The translations under genes and the position numbers were made by a program. Below, piece after piece: positions 18,881 to 36,000 of a DNA stretch of 64,000 nt. Origin of the DNA: the human T2T-CHM13v2.0 reference genome, Homo sapiens; the NCBI RefSeq assembly GCF_009914755.1, contig NC_060930.1, one strand, 5' to 3'. The notes beneath the pieces were generated by a model. It did not search any database. It saw only the letters and a program-made list of their open reading frames with translations, and had not been told where the DNA came from. Position 1 is the first letter of the stretch, and the number at the start of each line of letters is the position of its first letter.

Positions 18881-20700
18881 TATATTATAATTTAAGAGAG
18901 GATTCAACTCTTTCATTCTACTGGCAATGGGTTAACATAAACTTTAGTCAAAACTGCTGAGCTTTTCTGGCACAATGAGGACAAATTGACCAATGTATTT
19001 AACCAATAGCTGGGGGAAAATTTTGCTAAAATTGGTAAGTATATCTTTATATAACTATATCCTTACAACTTGTCTCAACCTTCGTCAGATTAATCCTAGC
19101 AAAACTGTAAAATGTCTCAGTAAAAATCTAAATGAATTTTTCATAACAAGTGCTGGCAATAGATTTTAAATATGTTCTGATCACTATTTGTCTCTTGTTG
19201 GCATGGAGAAAATCCTTTTTTTTTTTTTTCAGCCTGGGGAATCCCAAACTATATCTCTAGTAACAAGGAAACCATTTTACTGGAATTTTTATTAACTAAC
19301 ATGGAAAAGTTTTGCCAATTAATCAGACTTCACTGTCCATATCACTTTCAACCTTTTGGGAAGGTAGAAAGATGGAATTCTGAAACTAAAGTTGGTAAAG
19401 TTCACAGAGATCGTCCAACTTGCATGGTCTAAGGTATTTCTTCTTTCTGCGGTTCATGAGTTAGTAACAGCTAAACCAAGTGTCTAGGAATATTAGCTCT
19501 GATTCTAGAAATCTACACTTATTTAACTAAATGCTGTAAGGACTCAGGAAATCCATTCTTTCAACAAAAGTTACTGAAGACTTTCCCCATTAGTATCCTA
19601 AACAATGTCTGCAAAATTGGTTTTCATACCTGGATACCTTGTCTTGTAAGAGACACGGCAGAGAAAGATCATAGGAAAAAAGTCAATATCAGGCACAGCT
19701 AACAACTAGCAAACCCACAGTCTTTAAAAGACTGATCCTTTGATTCCTATCTCTCAAGTAAAGAGGTTTAGGTCATCTTCATGTTACAGGAAAGTATCCC
19801 TACCAAAAACTTCTAACTAATGACTCTTAGGATTCTTCCAAAAGCAAATAGTCTTTGGGAGAAGACAGCTTCCATCAAATGCCTTTGGATCAAGTGAATC
19901 ACTATATGAGATATCGGTATCTGCAAACCAAGATCCACATAAAAAGATCCATTGTTTGTCATATTTAATCTGTATATCTTGAGTTTTCATTTTCCTAGTT
20001 AACTTTTTTTTATCTTTTTATGCTTAAGGTTACATTTAATTACTTTACCTATAAAGCTACTATTCCTAATTCCTCTATGCCGTCCTTAGTCACTCTCTAG
20101 AAGAGTCCGGAAGCTGGCCGTAATTTGTTCACAATTTGGCTAAACATGCAGTTGAATCAGTGCTAAGCTGCACACATTTTCCTTAGGATGCCAATTAGAG
20201 TTTTTTTTTCTTAACATCGATTCCTAAATATGAAACATCTGGGTTTATCAATAATTGGACTCACTATTTATTGTTATTTTATCTGACAAACAGCAGAGTA
20301 TTAGATAAATAGAAATCTTAAATCCTAACATGCTGCACCCAGGAAACAAAGCTTATGCCTACAGCAGAACAGCACTTAGGGATCTTTAATAGAATGCAAC
20401 TTCTGTCACTAAACCTTTAGAAAGAAATGTCTTAAAAAGAAGAGAACAAATGGCACATACTTAATTCATTTCTCACATTTACATATCATAAAAAATTCTT
20501 ATTACATATTCAAGCTCCTATCACATCTACCTCTTCCTCTATGTGATAAGGTCTTCATTTTATATCCCCAAAAGTGATTAACAGCAGAATGGAGCTGAAA
20601 GCAATCAATAAACTCAATCAACCTTAATGACTGCTACTGGATTTGTGGTACCAGAACCTATTGATTATTACAGCAATCTTGACATAAACTAACATATTGA

Positions 20701-21653
20701 TGTGGTAGTCGGAATAATGGCTCTTCAGAGATGATGGGGTCCTAATCCAGATAATTTATAAATTTGTTAGCTTACCTGGCAGGACAGAGTTTGCAAATGC
20801 AATTAGAGTTAAGGATTTTGAAATGGAGAGACTATCATAGATTTTTAGATGGCCAAATGCAATCATAAGATTCTTTACATGTAGAAGAGGGAGATATAAA
20901 AGGAGAATGTGAAGACTTGCTCCTTCATTTGTAGCTTTGAAGGTGAAGGAAAGGAACTGTTATGAACCGAATATTCGTGTCTCCCTAAAATTAATCTATT
21001 GAAGATGATTGGCATTGTTCAAATATTAATAGATTATTTTCAATAATCTATTAATTGGCAGTGTGATAGTATCTGGAGATGGAGCTTTTGGGAGGAACCT
21101 AGGTTGAGATAATGTCATAAGTGTGGTGTTCTCATGATAATGTTAGTGTTCTTATAAGAAAAGGTGGAGATACGAGACCACCTCCCACCCAACCACCCTT
21201 CTCTTTCTCTCTCCATAAACATGTATCCAGGAAAGGCCATGTGAACAGAGAGAGAAGGAGGCCATCTACTAACCAGAGAGGGAGTGGGCCCTCCCCATGA
21301 ACCAAATATACCAGCACCTTAATCTTGGACTTCCCAACTTTCAGAACTCTGAGAAATAAATGTCTGTTGTTTAAGTCACCCGGTCTACGGTATTTTCTTA
21401 CAGTATTCCAAGCTGCCCAAGACAGGGAACATGCATCAGAGAATGCAGCTGGATTCTAAAGCCTGGGAAAGGCCGGGTCATGGATTATTCCACAGAGCCT
21501 ATAGAAGGAATGCAGTCTTCCAGTGCTTTGATTTTAAATCAGTAAGACCTGTGCTGAACTTCTAACCTGGAATACTGCTAGACAATAAATTTATGTTGTT
21601 TTAAACTACTAAGTGTATTGTAATTTTTATAACAGCCACAGGAAAATAATACA
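20701..21653 (+). mobile_element. MLT1D-like solo LTR interrupted by an MLT1A LTR
   Basis: TGTGGTAG.CGGAATAATGGC start; ACAATAAATTTATGTTGTTTTAAAC...ACAGGAAAATAATACA end. Confidence 0.75.
20958..21424 (+). mobile_element. MLT1A-family solo LTR nested in MLT1D
   Basis: TG...CA ends; TTGGACTTCCCA...AGAACTCTGAGAAATAAATGTCTGTTGTTTAAG; GGAAC on both flanks (right copy offset by 1 nt). Confidence 0.75.
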
Positions 21654-22946
21654 TTTGGCAAATCAGTGCATGTTTCATGATGGTCAATGATATGCCCCAG
21701 GGTCCATCTTAGCCATGATTTCTATCCCTTCAGAAACCAAAACAAAATAAAAAAGTAAAACAAAAAGACCAATTTTACTATATAACTTGATTTTTTAAAA
21801 TATTTTATATTTACTTAATCCAGTATATCCAAAATATTGTCATCTCAGCATAAAACAATATTAAAATTATTCCGTTTTACATTTTTTAAACTAAATCTAG
21901 TTTGTATCTTACATATAGCATAAATCAATTCAAATTCACCATATTTCAAGTGTTCAATATCTACATGTCACTAGTAATGACTGTAGTGGACAGAATTGAT
22001 CCAGATTTCCAAGTGTATTGGTATAAAACTAACCATATTTTTATCTTATTAAAACAAAACAAAACAAAACTCCTCCATAACTATGTCTATGTTCCTTCTG
22101 CTTTTATTAACATTGAACATATTCTTGTTTTTAATCTAATTTTGTCTGTATTTAGGTCTATTTTTTGGTGGTGTTATCTCTTGTATGCTTGGCATCAACT
22201 TTTTTTTCAATTTCTTAGACTATCTAAACTATTATGCTCTAAGTTTAGCTCAATTTCAATCAGCTACTCACTTGAAAGACTCATTTAACTCTCTTAAGCC
22301 ATTCTCCACAAACATGAAAAATCTTCCTCTCACTGTTCCCTGCTGAAACACTGCAAAAGTATGTCAAAATGGTGTACTTTCTTGGCACAGGGTTTCGATA
22401 AACTTAGTTTTGCTTTAATAACAAATTATCTGAATATATTTCAGGGAGGTCCACTGGCAAAAGCATAAAATAATGTTAGTTCAGGTCATCTTTTGTAAAG
22501 TTATGATTGTGCCATAGTATCAATTCTTGTCAAAATTTATGACTTCAAAATCAACTTAATATGCATCAACATAGATATTTTTTAGTAATTCTAGACTCCA
22601 GGTGCTCATTTAAATAATATGGGTACATAAGACTGAACAAAACCAGTTGCTATTGAATGTACATTTTAGAGAAATACTTCATACACAGCTGTGTTTTGTT
22701 AAATAAGGAACTTCACGACACAATCAATATCATGGCAGCATACAACTGTTTGGTTAGTATGTCTCTTTAAACAAGCACATATGCTCATTCATGGAGTGTG
22801 TATTTGTATCTGTGTATGGTCTGTGTGGTGAAGCAGCAAGCAATAATTGGATGTCTTAATTATCTAACAGGAAAAAACACCTAAATAATCAAAAGAAATT
22901 GTGATTTATTTATTAGTTCGACTGAGCTTTTCTCTTGAATGTAACA

Positions 22947-25684
<2,738 letters not shown>

Positions 25685-25699
25685 TATTATATCCCATGT

Positions 25700-25744
25700 A
25701 CACACACACACACACACGCACGCGCACACACACACACACACACA
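25700..25744. repeat. (CA)n with CG interruptions
   Basis: Read directly. Confidence 0.95.
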
Positions 25745-26513
25745 GACTTAATCTGTTTACAGAAATAAAAGGAATAAAATACCATTTCTATTATACACCA
25801 AAACTAGCCATCTTGACAGATACTTCACTCTGAAAAATAACATTTTATAGCTACTTTACAGATTAGTATAAGAATTTGGTGTTTCTGTTTCAGAGATTCG
25901 ATTTCACATTTCAATAAGTAGGCCGCTCCCTCTGCTAAGCCTGGGAATGTAATTCTTTTGAAAAATTATCTGTGCTGTAAAATTACATGTCATATTGGGA
26001 AAAGGACAATCGCAAACAGTAGTCACACATAAAATCAAGCAACACAGACATCCTTTTCACATACAGTGAAGACCCTTGTCAATTTTGAGATTACACAGGA
26101 AAACAGAATGGGGGACAAGTGTCTCTGACACACAGAAAATCCCTTGAAGAACTCAGCTGACACAATCAAAACATACACAAAACTGAAAGAAACAAGGTGA
26201 GTGCTTTTTATATTAGTTCAGCTGTCAAGAAAGTGTAAAATAAACCTAACATTTTTTTACTAAGTGAGGATTTTCTTTTTTGAAACATCATTATTTATAT
26301 TTATCCAGTTTGCAACTTCATCAGCTGAATCTCAGGATGTGTTCCATGACACTGAAGGACAATTAAATCATATCCATGACAATATATGAGAAGCTGACAG
26401 GAGAACATGGTGGCATTTGAATTAATGTCTATCATTAGATAGAATTTCTGATCACATAATTTAAGTTGTAGTTTTCCATACAATTTAATCAAGATAAGCA
26501 CTTACTAGGTTAG

Positions 26514-28896
26514 TGATATAGTTTGGCTCTGTGTCCCCACACAAATCTCATGTTGAATCGTAATCCCCACGTGTCAGGGGAGGGGTCTGGTAGGAGGTGA
26601 TTTGATCATGGGGGTGGATTTCCCATACTGTTCTCGTGACAGTCAGTGAGTTCTCACAAGATCTGATGGTTTAAAAGTGTGTGGAACTTCCCCCTGGCTC
26701 TTCTCTCTACTGACACCATGTGAAGAAGGCGCCTGCTCCCCCTTTACCTTCTGCCATGATTGTTAGTTTCCTGAGGCCTCCCAGTCATGCTTCCTGTTAA
26801 GCTTGCAGAACTGTGAGTCAATTAAACCTCTTTGCCTCATAAATTACCCAGTAGTTCTTTATAGCAGTTTGAGAAGAGATAAATACAGAAAATTGGTACC
26901 ACAGAAGTGGGGCATTGCTATAAAAATACCTGAAAATATGGAAGTAACTTTGGAACTGGGTAACAGGCAGAGGTAGGAAACAGTTTGGAGGACTCAGAAG
27001 AAGACAGGGAGATGTGGGAAAGTTTAAATCTTCCTAGAGACCTGTTGAATGGTTGTGAACAAAATGCCGATAATGATTTGGATAACGAAGTCCAGGCTGA
27101 GGGGGTCTCAGATGGAGATGAGGAACTCACTGAGAACTGAAGAAAAAGTTACTCTTGCTATGCTTTAGCAAGGAGACTGATAGCATTTTGACCCGGCCCT
27201 AGAGATCTGTGTAATGTTGAACTTGAGAGAGATGATTTAGGGTATCTGGTGAAATAAATTTCTAAGCAACAGACCTTCCAACATGTGGCCTGGCTGCTTC
27301 TAAAAGTTTATGCTCATGTCCATGAAGAAAGAGATGGCTTGAAACTAAAACGTATATTTAAAAGGAAAGCAGAGCATACAAGTTTGGAAAATTTGCAGCC
27401 TAACCATATAGTAAAAAAGAAAAACCCATGCTCTTGGGAGAAATTCAAGCAAAAATTTGCATAAGTAAAGAGGAGCCAAATGTTAATAGCAAAGACAATG
27501 TGGAATATGTCTCCAGTACATTTCAGAGACCTTTGAGGCAGCCCCTCCCATTATAAGCCTGGAGGCCTAGGAGGGAGAAATTGTTCAGTGGGCTGGGCCC
27601 AGGGCCCTGCTGCTCTGGGCAGCCTCGGGACATGGTGCCCAGTGTTCCAGCTGCTCAGCTCCAACTGTGGCTAAAAGGGACCAAGGCACTACTCAGGCCA
27701 TTGCTTCAGAGAATACAAGCCTCAAGCTTTGGTGGCTTCCACATGAGGCTGGGCCTGTGGTTGTGCAGAAGGGAAGAGTTGAGGTTTGGGAACCTCCATC
27801 TAGATTTCAGAGGATGTATGGAAATGCCTGGATGTCTAGGCAAAAGTCTGCTGCAGAAGTGGAGCCCTTATGGAGAACCTCTACTAGGGCAGTGCAGAGG
27901 GAAAATGTGGGGTTGGAGCCCCCACACAGATTCCCCACTGGGGCACTCCCTACTGGAGCTTTGAGAAGAGGGTCATAGTGCTTCAGACCCCAGAATGGTA
28001 GATCCACTGACAGTTTGCACAGTGTGCCTGGAAAAGTCACAGGCACTCAATCCTAGCCTGTGAAAGCAGCTGTGGGGGCTGTGCCTTGCAGAGCCACAGA
28101 GGCAGAGCTGTCAAAGCTCATGGGAGCCCAGATATTGCATCAGTATGCTCTGGACGTGAGAGATGAGGTCAAAGAAGATTGTTTCAGAGCCTTAAGATTT
28201 AATGACTGCCTTGTCGGGTTTTGGACTTGCATGGGGCCTGCAGACCCTTTGTTTTGGCTAATTTCTCCCTTATGGAATTGGAGTGTTTACCTGACCCCTG
28301 TACCCCCACTGTATCTTGAAATTAACTAACTTGTTTTTGATTTTACAGGCTTATAGGCAGAAGGGATTTGCCTTGTCTCAGATGAAACTTTGGACATGCA
28401 CTTTTGAGTTAATGCTGGAATAAGTTAAGACTTTCAGTCTGTTGGGAAGGCATGATTGGTTTTGAAATGTGAGAAGAAGGACATGACACTTGGGAGGGGC
28501 CAGAGGAGAAATCATATGGCTTGGCCCTCTGTCCCCACCCAAATCTCATCTCAAATTGTAATCCCCTCATGTCAAGAGAGGGGCCTGGGTGGAGGTGACT
28601 GGATCATGGGAGCAGATTTCCGCATGCTATTCTCATGATAGTGAGTGAGTTCCAAGAGATCTGATGGTTTAAAAGTGTGTGGCACTTCCCTCCTTGTGCT
28701 CTCTCTCTCCTGGTGCCATGTCAAGAAGAACCTTGTTTCCCCTTTGCCTTCCACCATGATTTTCTGAGTTTCCTGAGTCCTCCCATTCATGCTTCCTGTA
28801 AAGCCTGAAGAACTATGAATCAATTAAATCTCTCTTCTTCATAAATTACTCAGTCTCAAGTCATTCTTTATATCACTGTGAAAATTGACTACTACG
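26514..28896 (+). mobile_element. Full-length THE1D (ERVL-MaLR) provirus: 5' LTR 26514-26887, internal 26888-28511, 3' LTR 28512-28896
   Basis: Two homologous LTRs, purine tract GGGAGGGGCCAGAGGAGAAA before the 3' LTR, perfect 5-bp TSD GTTAG (26509-26513, 28897-28901), MaLR ORF remnant WEPPSRFQRMYGNAWMSRQK at 27667-27978. Confidence 0.92.
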
Positions 28897-29339
28897 GTTA
28901 GCAATCTTAAAGAACACTTGTGATTTTGAGAATCAGGCACATATTTTTTTAATAATCGGACTGCTTATAATTGTTTAACTCCTTGCAACTTATAGTTAAT
29001 GCCTAAAACTTTGATGACTTTCATTACATTTCAATGGCCCTGTTCCCTTATAGCAAACTACCTTTTTTACTGTACTTACTGTAACTACAGTGCATTTATT
29101 TTCAGCCCAAATAGTATTCAGTAATAAGCATTTCTTCCCACATAAGAATAAGTTATATTCCTATTCACTATATTCTAGAATTTCTATTTTCCTTCCACAG
29201 TGCCAGCTAAAATTAAAGTGGAATAATCTATCGGGGCCCTGTGTATTTAATGTTTGTTTTCTTAGTATATTATAAACACTGTGAAGGAAGGAAATCCTTG
29301 CCTCTTGTTTATACTTTTATCTCCATTATAGAAACACTC

Positions 29340-29853
29340 TGCATTATTTTCTTACTGCTGCTGTAGCAAATTACTACAAAGTTAGTGGTTTAAAATAGCA
29401 CAAATATAGTGTCAAACAATTGTGTTTGTCAGATGTCTGACATGCATCTTATGAGGCTAAAATCAAAGAGTGAGAACTGTTGTGTTCCTTTCTGAAGGTT
29501 TTAGGGGAAAATCAGTTTCCTTGACTTTTCCAGCCTCTAGAGGCTGTCCTGATTTGTTAGCTTGTGGTCTTTCATTTGTTCAAACCAGAAATGCTGTATC
29601 TCTCTGACCATTCTTTTGAAATCATATCACCTTATGTTTCTAGCCAAGAATGTTTCCCTATTTTAAACCCATTTGATTACACTGAACTCAAAAGGACAGT
29701 TTTTCATCTTACCATCCTTAACATTATAATACTTGCAAAGCCCCTTTTACCAGATAAAGTTAACATATTCACAGGTTCCAGAAATCAGGACATGTGGTTT
29801 TTTGTTGTTGTTCTTGGTTTGTTTGTTTTGTAAACCATTATTTTGCTTACTAT
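29340..29853 (-). mobile_element. MLT1D-like solo LTR
   Basis: GCTGTAGCAAATTACTACAAAGTTAGTGGTTTAAAA...GGCTAAAATCAA...ATTCACAGGTTCCAG. Confidence 0.75.
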
Positions 29854-31379
29854 ACTGTCTTAACTGGAGGAAGCAACTTCTTCGAATAGGTGAATTAATT
29901 TCAAATTGATAATGTGGTGATTCTCAATGAACATTAAAGAAATCAACTATTACACCAAACATTACTTTATTGAGCTAAACAAATATTAACTGACTATATA
30001 AAATTCATTACACATTTGGAGATAGAATTTTGTACTTTTTAATAAGACTTTTTACATTTTTTGCAATCCTTTTTCTTATTTAAAAAATCAGTACTGTATT
30101 AGTACCCACAATATAAGTTTGTTCTAAGAATCAAATGAGATAAACATTTCAAACACCTATCATAGTACCAAGTTCATATCGTAAGCCTAAAATATCAGAT
30201 GACTTTTATTATTTTCAGAATGTAGTCAAAATCAACATAAAATTACATTAACACTTGGTTTACTGTATTATAATGCTAGCTTTGTGTCATATCTATCTAG
30301 AGAGTACACTGAATGGCTTAAACCAAGTAGAAGGTGATTTCTTGCTTACATATCAGTTTACCATAAGTAATTTTGGCTAAAGAAGCATCTTTCCTGCAAA
30401 ACATAATTCAAGTTAATGAAGGATCTACTATTATCAAATTGTATCTTCCCAGATTACTTTGTATATATCACCATTCCAGAAGACAAAAGACTACTCATGA
30501 AATACAATTTGCACACTTCTTTATATGTGAAAAATTCACTTCTCTTCACTCTGTAAACAACTTAAAGTTTTGCCCAGTTACTGCCTACAACTTAGAGTTC
30601 AGGATGTTTCATGACGTGCAGTTCTCTCCCTTAGGCCACTATATGACTTAACGAGGACTAGTGTCCTATCAAGTCAAAAGACAAATTATCTGTAAAATCT
30701 AAGTTACCATGGTGAAGCTCCTATCAGAAGACAAAGAAGTCTGCATAGCACTGACAAAAATATTTCTGAGCAGTACAAATATTTATTTCATGAAACCATA
30801 AACATGTCCTGTGGAAATAACTTTAAGGTCCATTGTCCCTGTGGCTCACAGATTTACTTTCTGAGGTAATTTACATTTTCTCTTATTCTCCATGCCTCCA
30901 TCTTAAATTAGAACAATGAGTGTTTTCTCAGCATGACTAATCAATTGCACTGATTAGTGCAATTTGGGATGCTTGAGGATATTTTAAGCCTTAATTTTTT
31001 TTCTCACAATAGGCTTATTATACCTTTACCAAGTAGTTACGTGGAAAACATTTATTTATTTATTGGATCTAGTTGATAACCAAACATACAGTTCTTTCCT
31101 AGGTATAATTCTAAAGTCTGCCTCATTTCCTTGTTTTTTCTCCTCCCCAACACACATATGCTTCTCTGACTGTAAAGATGACCACTTTAAGGTCATTTGA
31201 GATCATGGACGTGAAAGAGAAAACAACTTCCCTGATTAGTTGTTTGCTTCAGGGCTGGGTTCCTTGTTTTTTATGAACACAGTAGGATTTAATTTCTGAG
31301 CAGCTTTTTCAACCTAATCAGAAAAACCTGAGCTTTTCTGTCACTGTATAATTCCACCATTACTAGACCTTTTGTTTAC

Positions 31380-31592
31380 AAGTGGTTTCCAACAAGGAAT
31401 GATTTTGTTTCCATAGAACACTTGTCACTGTCTGGAGACATTTTGAATTATAATGAATAGGTGGTGATGCTACTGGTATGTGGTGGTATAGCCTAGAGAT
31501 ACTATTAATATCCTACAATGCAAAGAATAACCTCCCACAGAATGCAGGAATATCAGGCATAAAATGTCAATAATGCTAAGGTTTAGCAACTC
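31380..31592 (+). mobile_element. MER20
   Basis: AGTGGTTTCCAAC...TGTCTGGAGACATTTT...TCCTACAATGCA...AAAATGTCAATAATGCTAAGGTT. Confidence 0.8.
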
Positions 31593-31635
31593 AACTCTAT
31601 CCACTTTCTTCCCACTCTAAAGACAGGATATTTCC

Positions 31636-31663
31636 TTTTTTTTTTTTTTTTTTTTTTTTTTTT
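31636..31663. repeat. poly(T) tract
   Basis: Read directly. Confidence 0.95.
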
Positions 31664-32295
31664 GCCTGTGTTTATCTATTTCTTGGATTATGGAACAGAA
31701 CAAACATGAACACATTACCTTTTGCCTTTCCTCATTTCCCACACTCTTTCCTAGAGGTAATATTAAGCTTCCAATTAATTTTAGATGGTAGTTTCAATAA
31801 TTTTTTTTCACTGGGTATTACAAGTCTTCATTTCAACCCTCTGAGTTTGGTTTACTTGTCCATTTAATACTAATTTAGTGGATATGTTTTAGGTGCTGTT
31901 ATAGCAGACCCAACTCAAGCTGGTGATTTCTACATTACTTGGAATAGTGCTAGTTGCTTTGACAACTACACTCAACAACATATAATATCTTAAACAGAAC
32001 AGAAGTTTCATTCATATAAACTGTTTTTTTAAGATAGGAAAAGCATTGCTCCTTTATGTCCGCATTCAAGAACATAGGCTACTAAGCTATTTAATCTGCA
32101 GTATGTTGCTTCCAAGACTACTGTAGAATTGGCCATTCCAGTCAAGCATACTGAAAAACGTATACAGAAGAGTGCATGTTGGGATTTTGGAGACTAAATT
32201 GGATATAAAATATGTTATTTCTACTAATTTTCCACTATTTTGACTTTAATCCCATGCCCTAATATAAAGTATATAAGAATGAGAAATATAGTTTA

Positions 32296-32586
<291 letters not shown>

Positions 32587-32659
32587 TTAAATTTTTGGAT
32601 TAAAAAAGTCTGCCACTTTGTGAATATGTTTTATTTAGGCTTGATTTAGTTAATTTTCT

Positions 32660-33002
<343 letters not shown>

Positions 33003-36000
33003 CTAATTAAGATTGAGGCAGAAGAAATGGGTCCTTGGGATTTGAAAATTAGTATTCAATTTGGAAGTTTAATTTGCAACATAGATTGTTTGTTATTAAA
33101 TTACTAGATATAATATCACAAAGGCGGAAAGAAAGGTTGCTTAGTTAAAGATCTAAGTTACTAGTCATGGTGTCAGATATAGAGAATGATTGAAGGTTAT
33201 TAGAGTCACACACCAGATGAGTAAATTGTTGTTTTCAAGGAAGAGGTTACATAAAGGTAAGCGGAGTAATATTTTAGCATTTTTGTTAATTAAAAATTTG
33301 TGAAGTTATTTACATTTCAAGGAAATTACTCTCAGTAATTTTACGGGTAAAATGACAAATTCCAAGTTTAATTTTCACATGTAACACCCTCCTTGAGCAC
33401 TTATTTTTATGAAGCTATTAGTCTATTTTGGTCTCAATTTACCTTTCTTTAAAGAGATTTTAAAATTTTCTGAAAGAAGTTGAGATCTGGAAGTGTAGCT
33501 GTTCTATTTTTCAATTTTTAATTACATATTTAATTATCCTTTAATTACTTAAGGTTATTCTCAAAAGCGAAGAGATAGCTGGGATCACACTGCGTAAGAT
33601 TTTACTCCTGAATGTAATATTCAAAAATGTTACAAAGTCTATCAAAGAGGTTTTCATTCTGTGACAATAGATGGTCAATTTGACATGGTCAGGAAGCACC
33701 ACCCCCACTGAGAGACACCAAATTATGGAGTAAACCACCGTAATTTAGGCAGATCTTGAGAGAGAAAATGCTGAGTGGATAGAGAGGCAGCAATGAAGCT
33801 GAGTTGAAGAGGGAGGAAGCCTGTGCAGGGAACCCAAACACTACAGCTAGTTCCCCAGAATGGCTCCTAGGAAAGGGCCTCTGCCTGAGAGAGACCTGTG
33901 GCCTAGAACACCTAACACAAGAAACACAGTGATTGCAGGAGACTCCCCCAGGGCCCAGGAGCAGATCTGGTGATGGAGGCATCTCTCCCACCCCCACTAT
34001 AGAGCACACCTGCAAACAAAAGGAAGTATAAAACAGCCATGCCACTGGGTATTAGGCTAGCCACTGGCCATCGCTCTTAAGCACCATGCATTGGATCACA
34101 TCCCAAACTACAACATCAAAATTTATCCTGCTACATATACACCTGTGAAACCAAACACAAGAATTACTCATACATAAAAATCCTGGACAGAGAAAGCCCT
34201 GGCCCTTTCAAAGCATCCAGAAACAAAACCAATTGCCTATACTCAACATACACTACAGTTAAAGGAACACTAACCCTACCAGAAGAGAAAAAATCAGTGC
34301 AAGAACTCTGGCAATTCAAAAAGCTAGAGTGTCCTCTTACCTCAAAATTAGCCCACTAGCTACCAAGCAATGGTTCTTAATCAGTCTAAAATAATTGCAA
34401 CAGACATAGAATACAGAACCTCGATGGCAGGGAAGCTCATGAACATTAAGCAGAAAGTTGAAACCCAATCCAAGTAATCCGGTAAAGCAATCTAAGTAAG
34501 TGCTGAAAGATGAAATTGCCATTTTAAAAAATAGCCACACTGAATTTCTAGAGCAGAAAAAATTCAGTATAAGAATTTTATAATACAATAAGAAATATTA
34601 ACAGAAGGTAGGCCAAGCTAAGGAAAGAATCTCAGAGCTCAAAGACTGGTTCGTTGAATCAACTGAGTCAAAAGAAAATTTTAAAAAAGAATTAAAAAAA
34701 GAAAATGAACCAAAGCTTTAAGAATTATGGAATTATATAAAGAGACCAAATCTACGACTCATTGTCATTCCTAGAAGAGAAAGAAAGAGAAAAGGCAACT
34801 TGGAAAGTCGATTTGAGAATAGAGTCTATGAAAATTTTCCTAACCTCGCTAGAGAGAGTGACATGTAAATCCAAAAAATACAGCAAACCCAGCTAGGTAC
34901 TATAAAAGGTGACTATCCCTAAGGCACATAGTCATCATATTCACCAAAGTAAATACAAAAGAAAAAAAAATCTTAAAGGCAGCTAGAGAGAAAGGTCAGG
35001 TTTTCATACAGCAAGAACTCCACTAGGCTAGTAGTAAATATCTCAGCAAAAACCTTACAAGCCAGAAGAGATTAAGGGCCTATGTCCAACATCATTAATG
35101 AAAATAAATTCCAGGCAATAATTTTATATTTCACTAAACTAAACTTCCTAAGTGAAGAAGAAACAAATTTCTTCTCAGATAAGCAAATACTGAGGGAATC
35201 AATTTCAACTTGACCAGCCTTATGAAAGGTCCTTAAGGGAGTGCTATACATTGAGTAAAAAGAATGACACCTGCTACCACAAAAACCCACTTAAGTACAT
35301 AGCTCACAGGCACTATAAAGTATCTACACAATCAAGTCTACCTAAAAACCAGCTACAAACATGATGATAGGATCAAAATCTCATGTATCAACATTAACCA
35401 TAAATGTAAACAGGCTAAACACCCCACTTAAATGACGTACAATGGCAAACTGGATAAAAATGCAAGGCTCACCATCTGTAGTCTTCAAGAGACTCATCTC
35501 ATATGTAATGACAGCCACTGGCCCAAAATAAGGGGATGGAGAAAATCTGCCATGCAAATGATAACAAAAAAGCAGGAGTAACTATTCTTATATCAGATAA
35601 AACAGACTTTAATCAAAATTTAAAAGAACAATTGAAGAATGAAGAGCATTACGTCATGAGAAAGTATATGATCAAACAAGAATACTTAAGTACCCTAAAT
35701 ATAAATGCACCCAACATGGAGCACCCACATTCATAAAACAAGTTCTTTTTGGACTACAAAAAGACAGACGACCACCCAATAATTGTAGGAGACTTCAACA
35801 CCCCCGCTGGCAGCATTGCATCATCAAAGCAGACAACTAAGAAAGAAACTGTGTACTTAAACTTCACACTTGACCATTTGGACCTAATAAGACATCTACA
35901 GAACACTCCACTCAATAACCACAGAATATACATTCTTCTCATCTGCACAGGGAACATATTCTAACATTGACCACATGCTTGGTCATAAAGCAAGTCTGGA

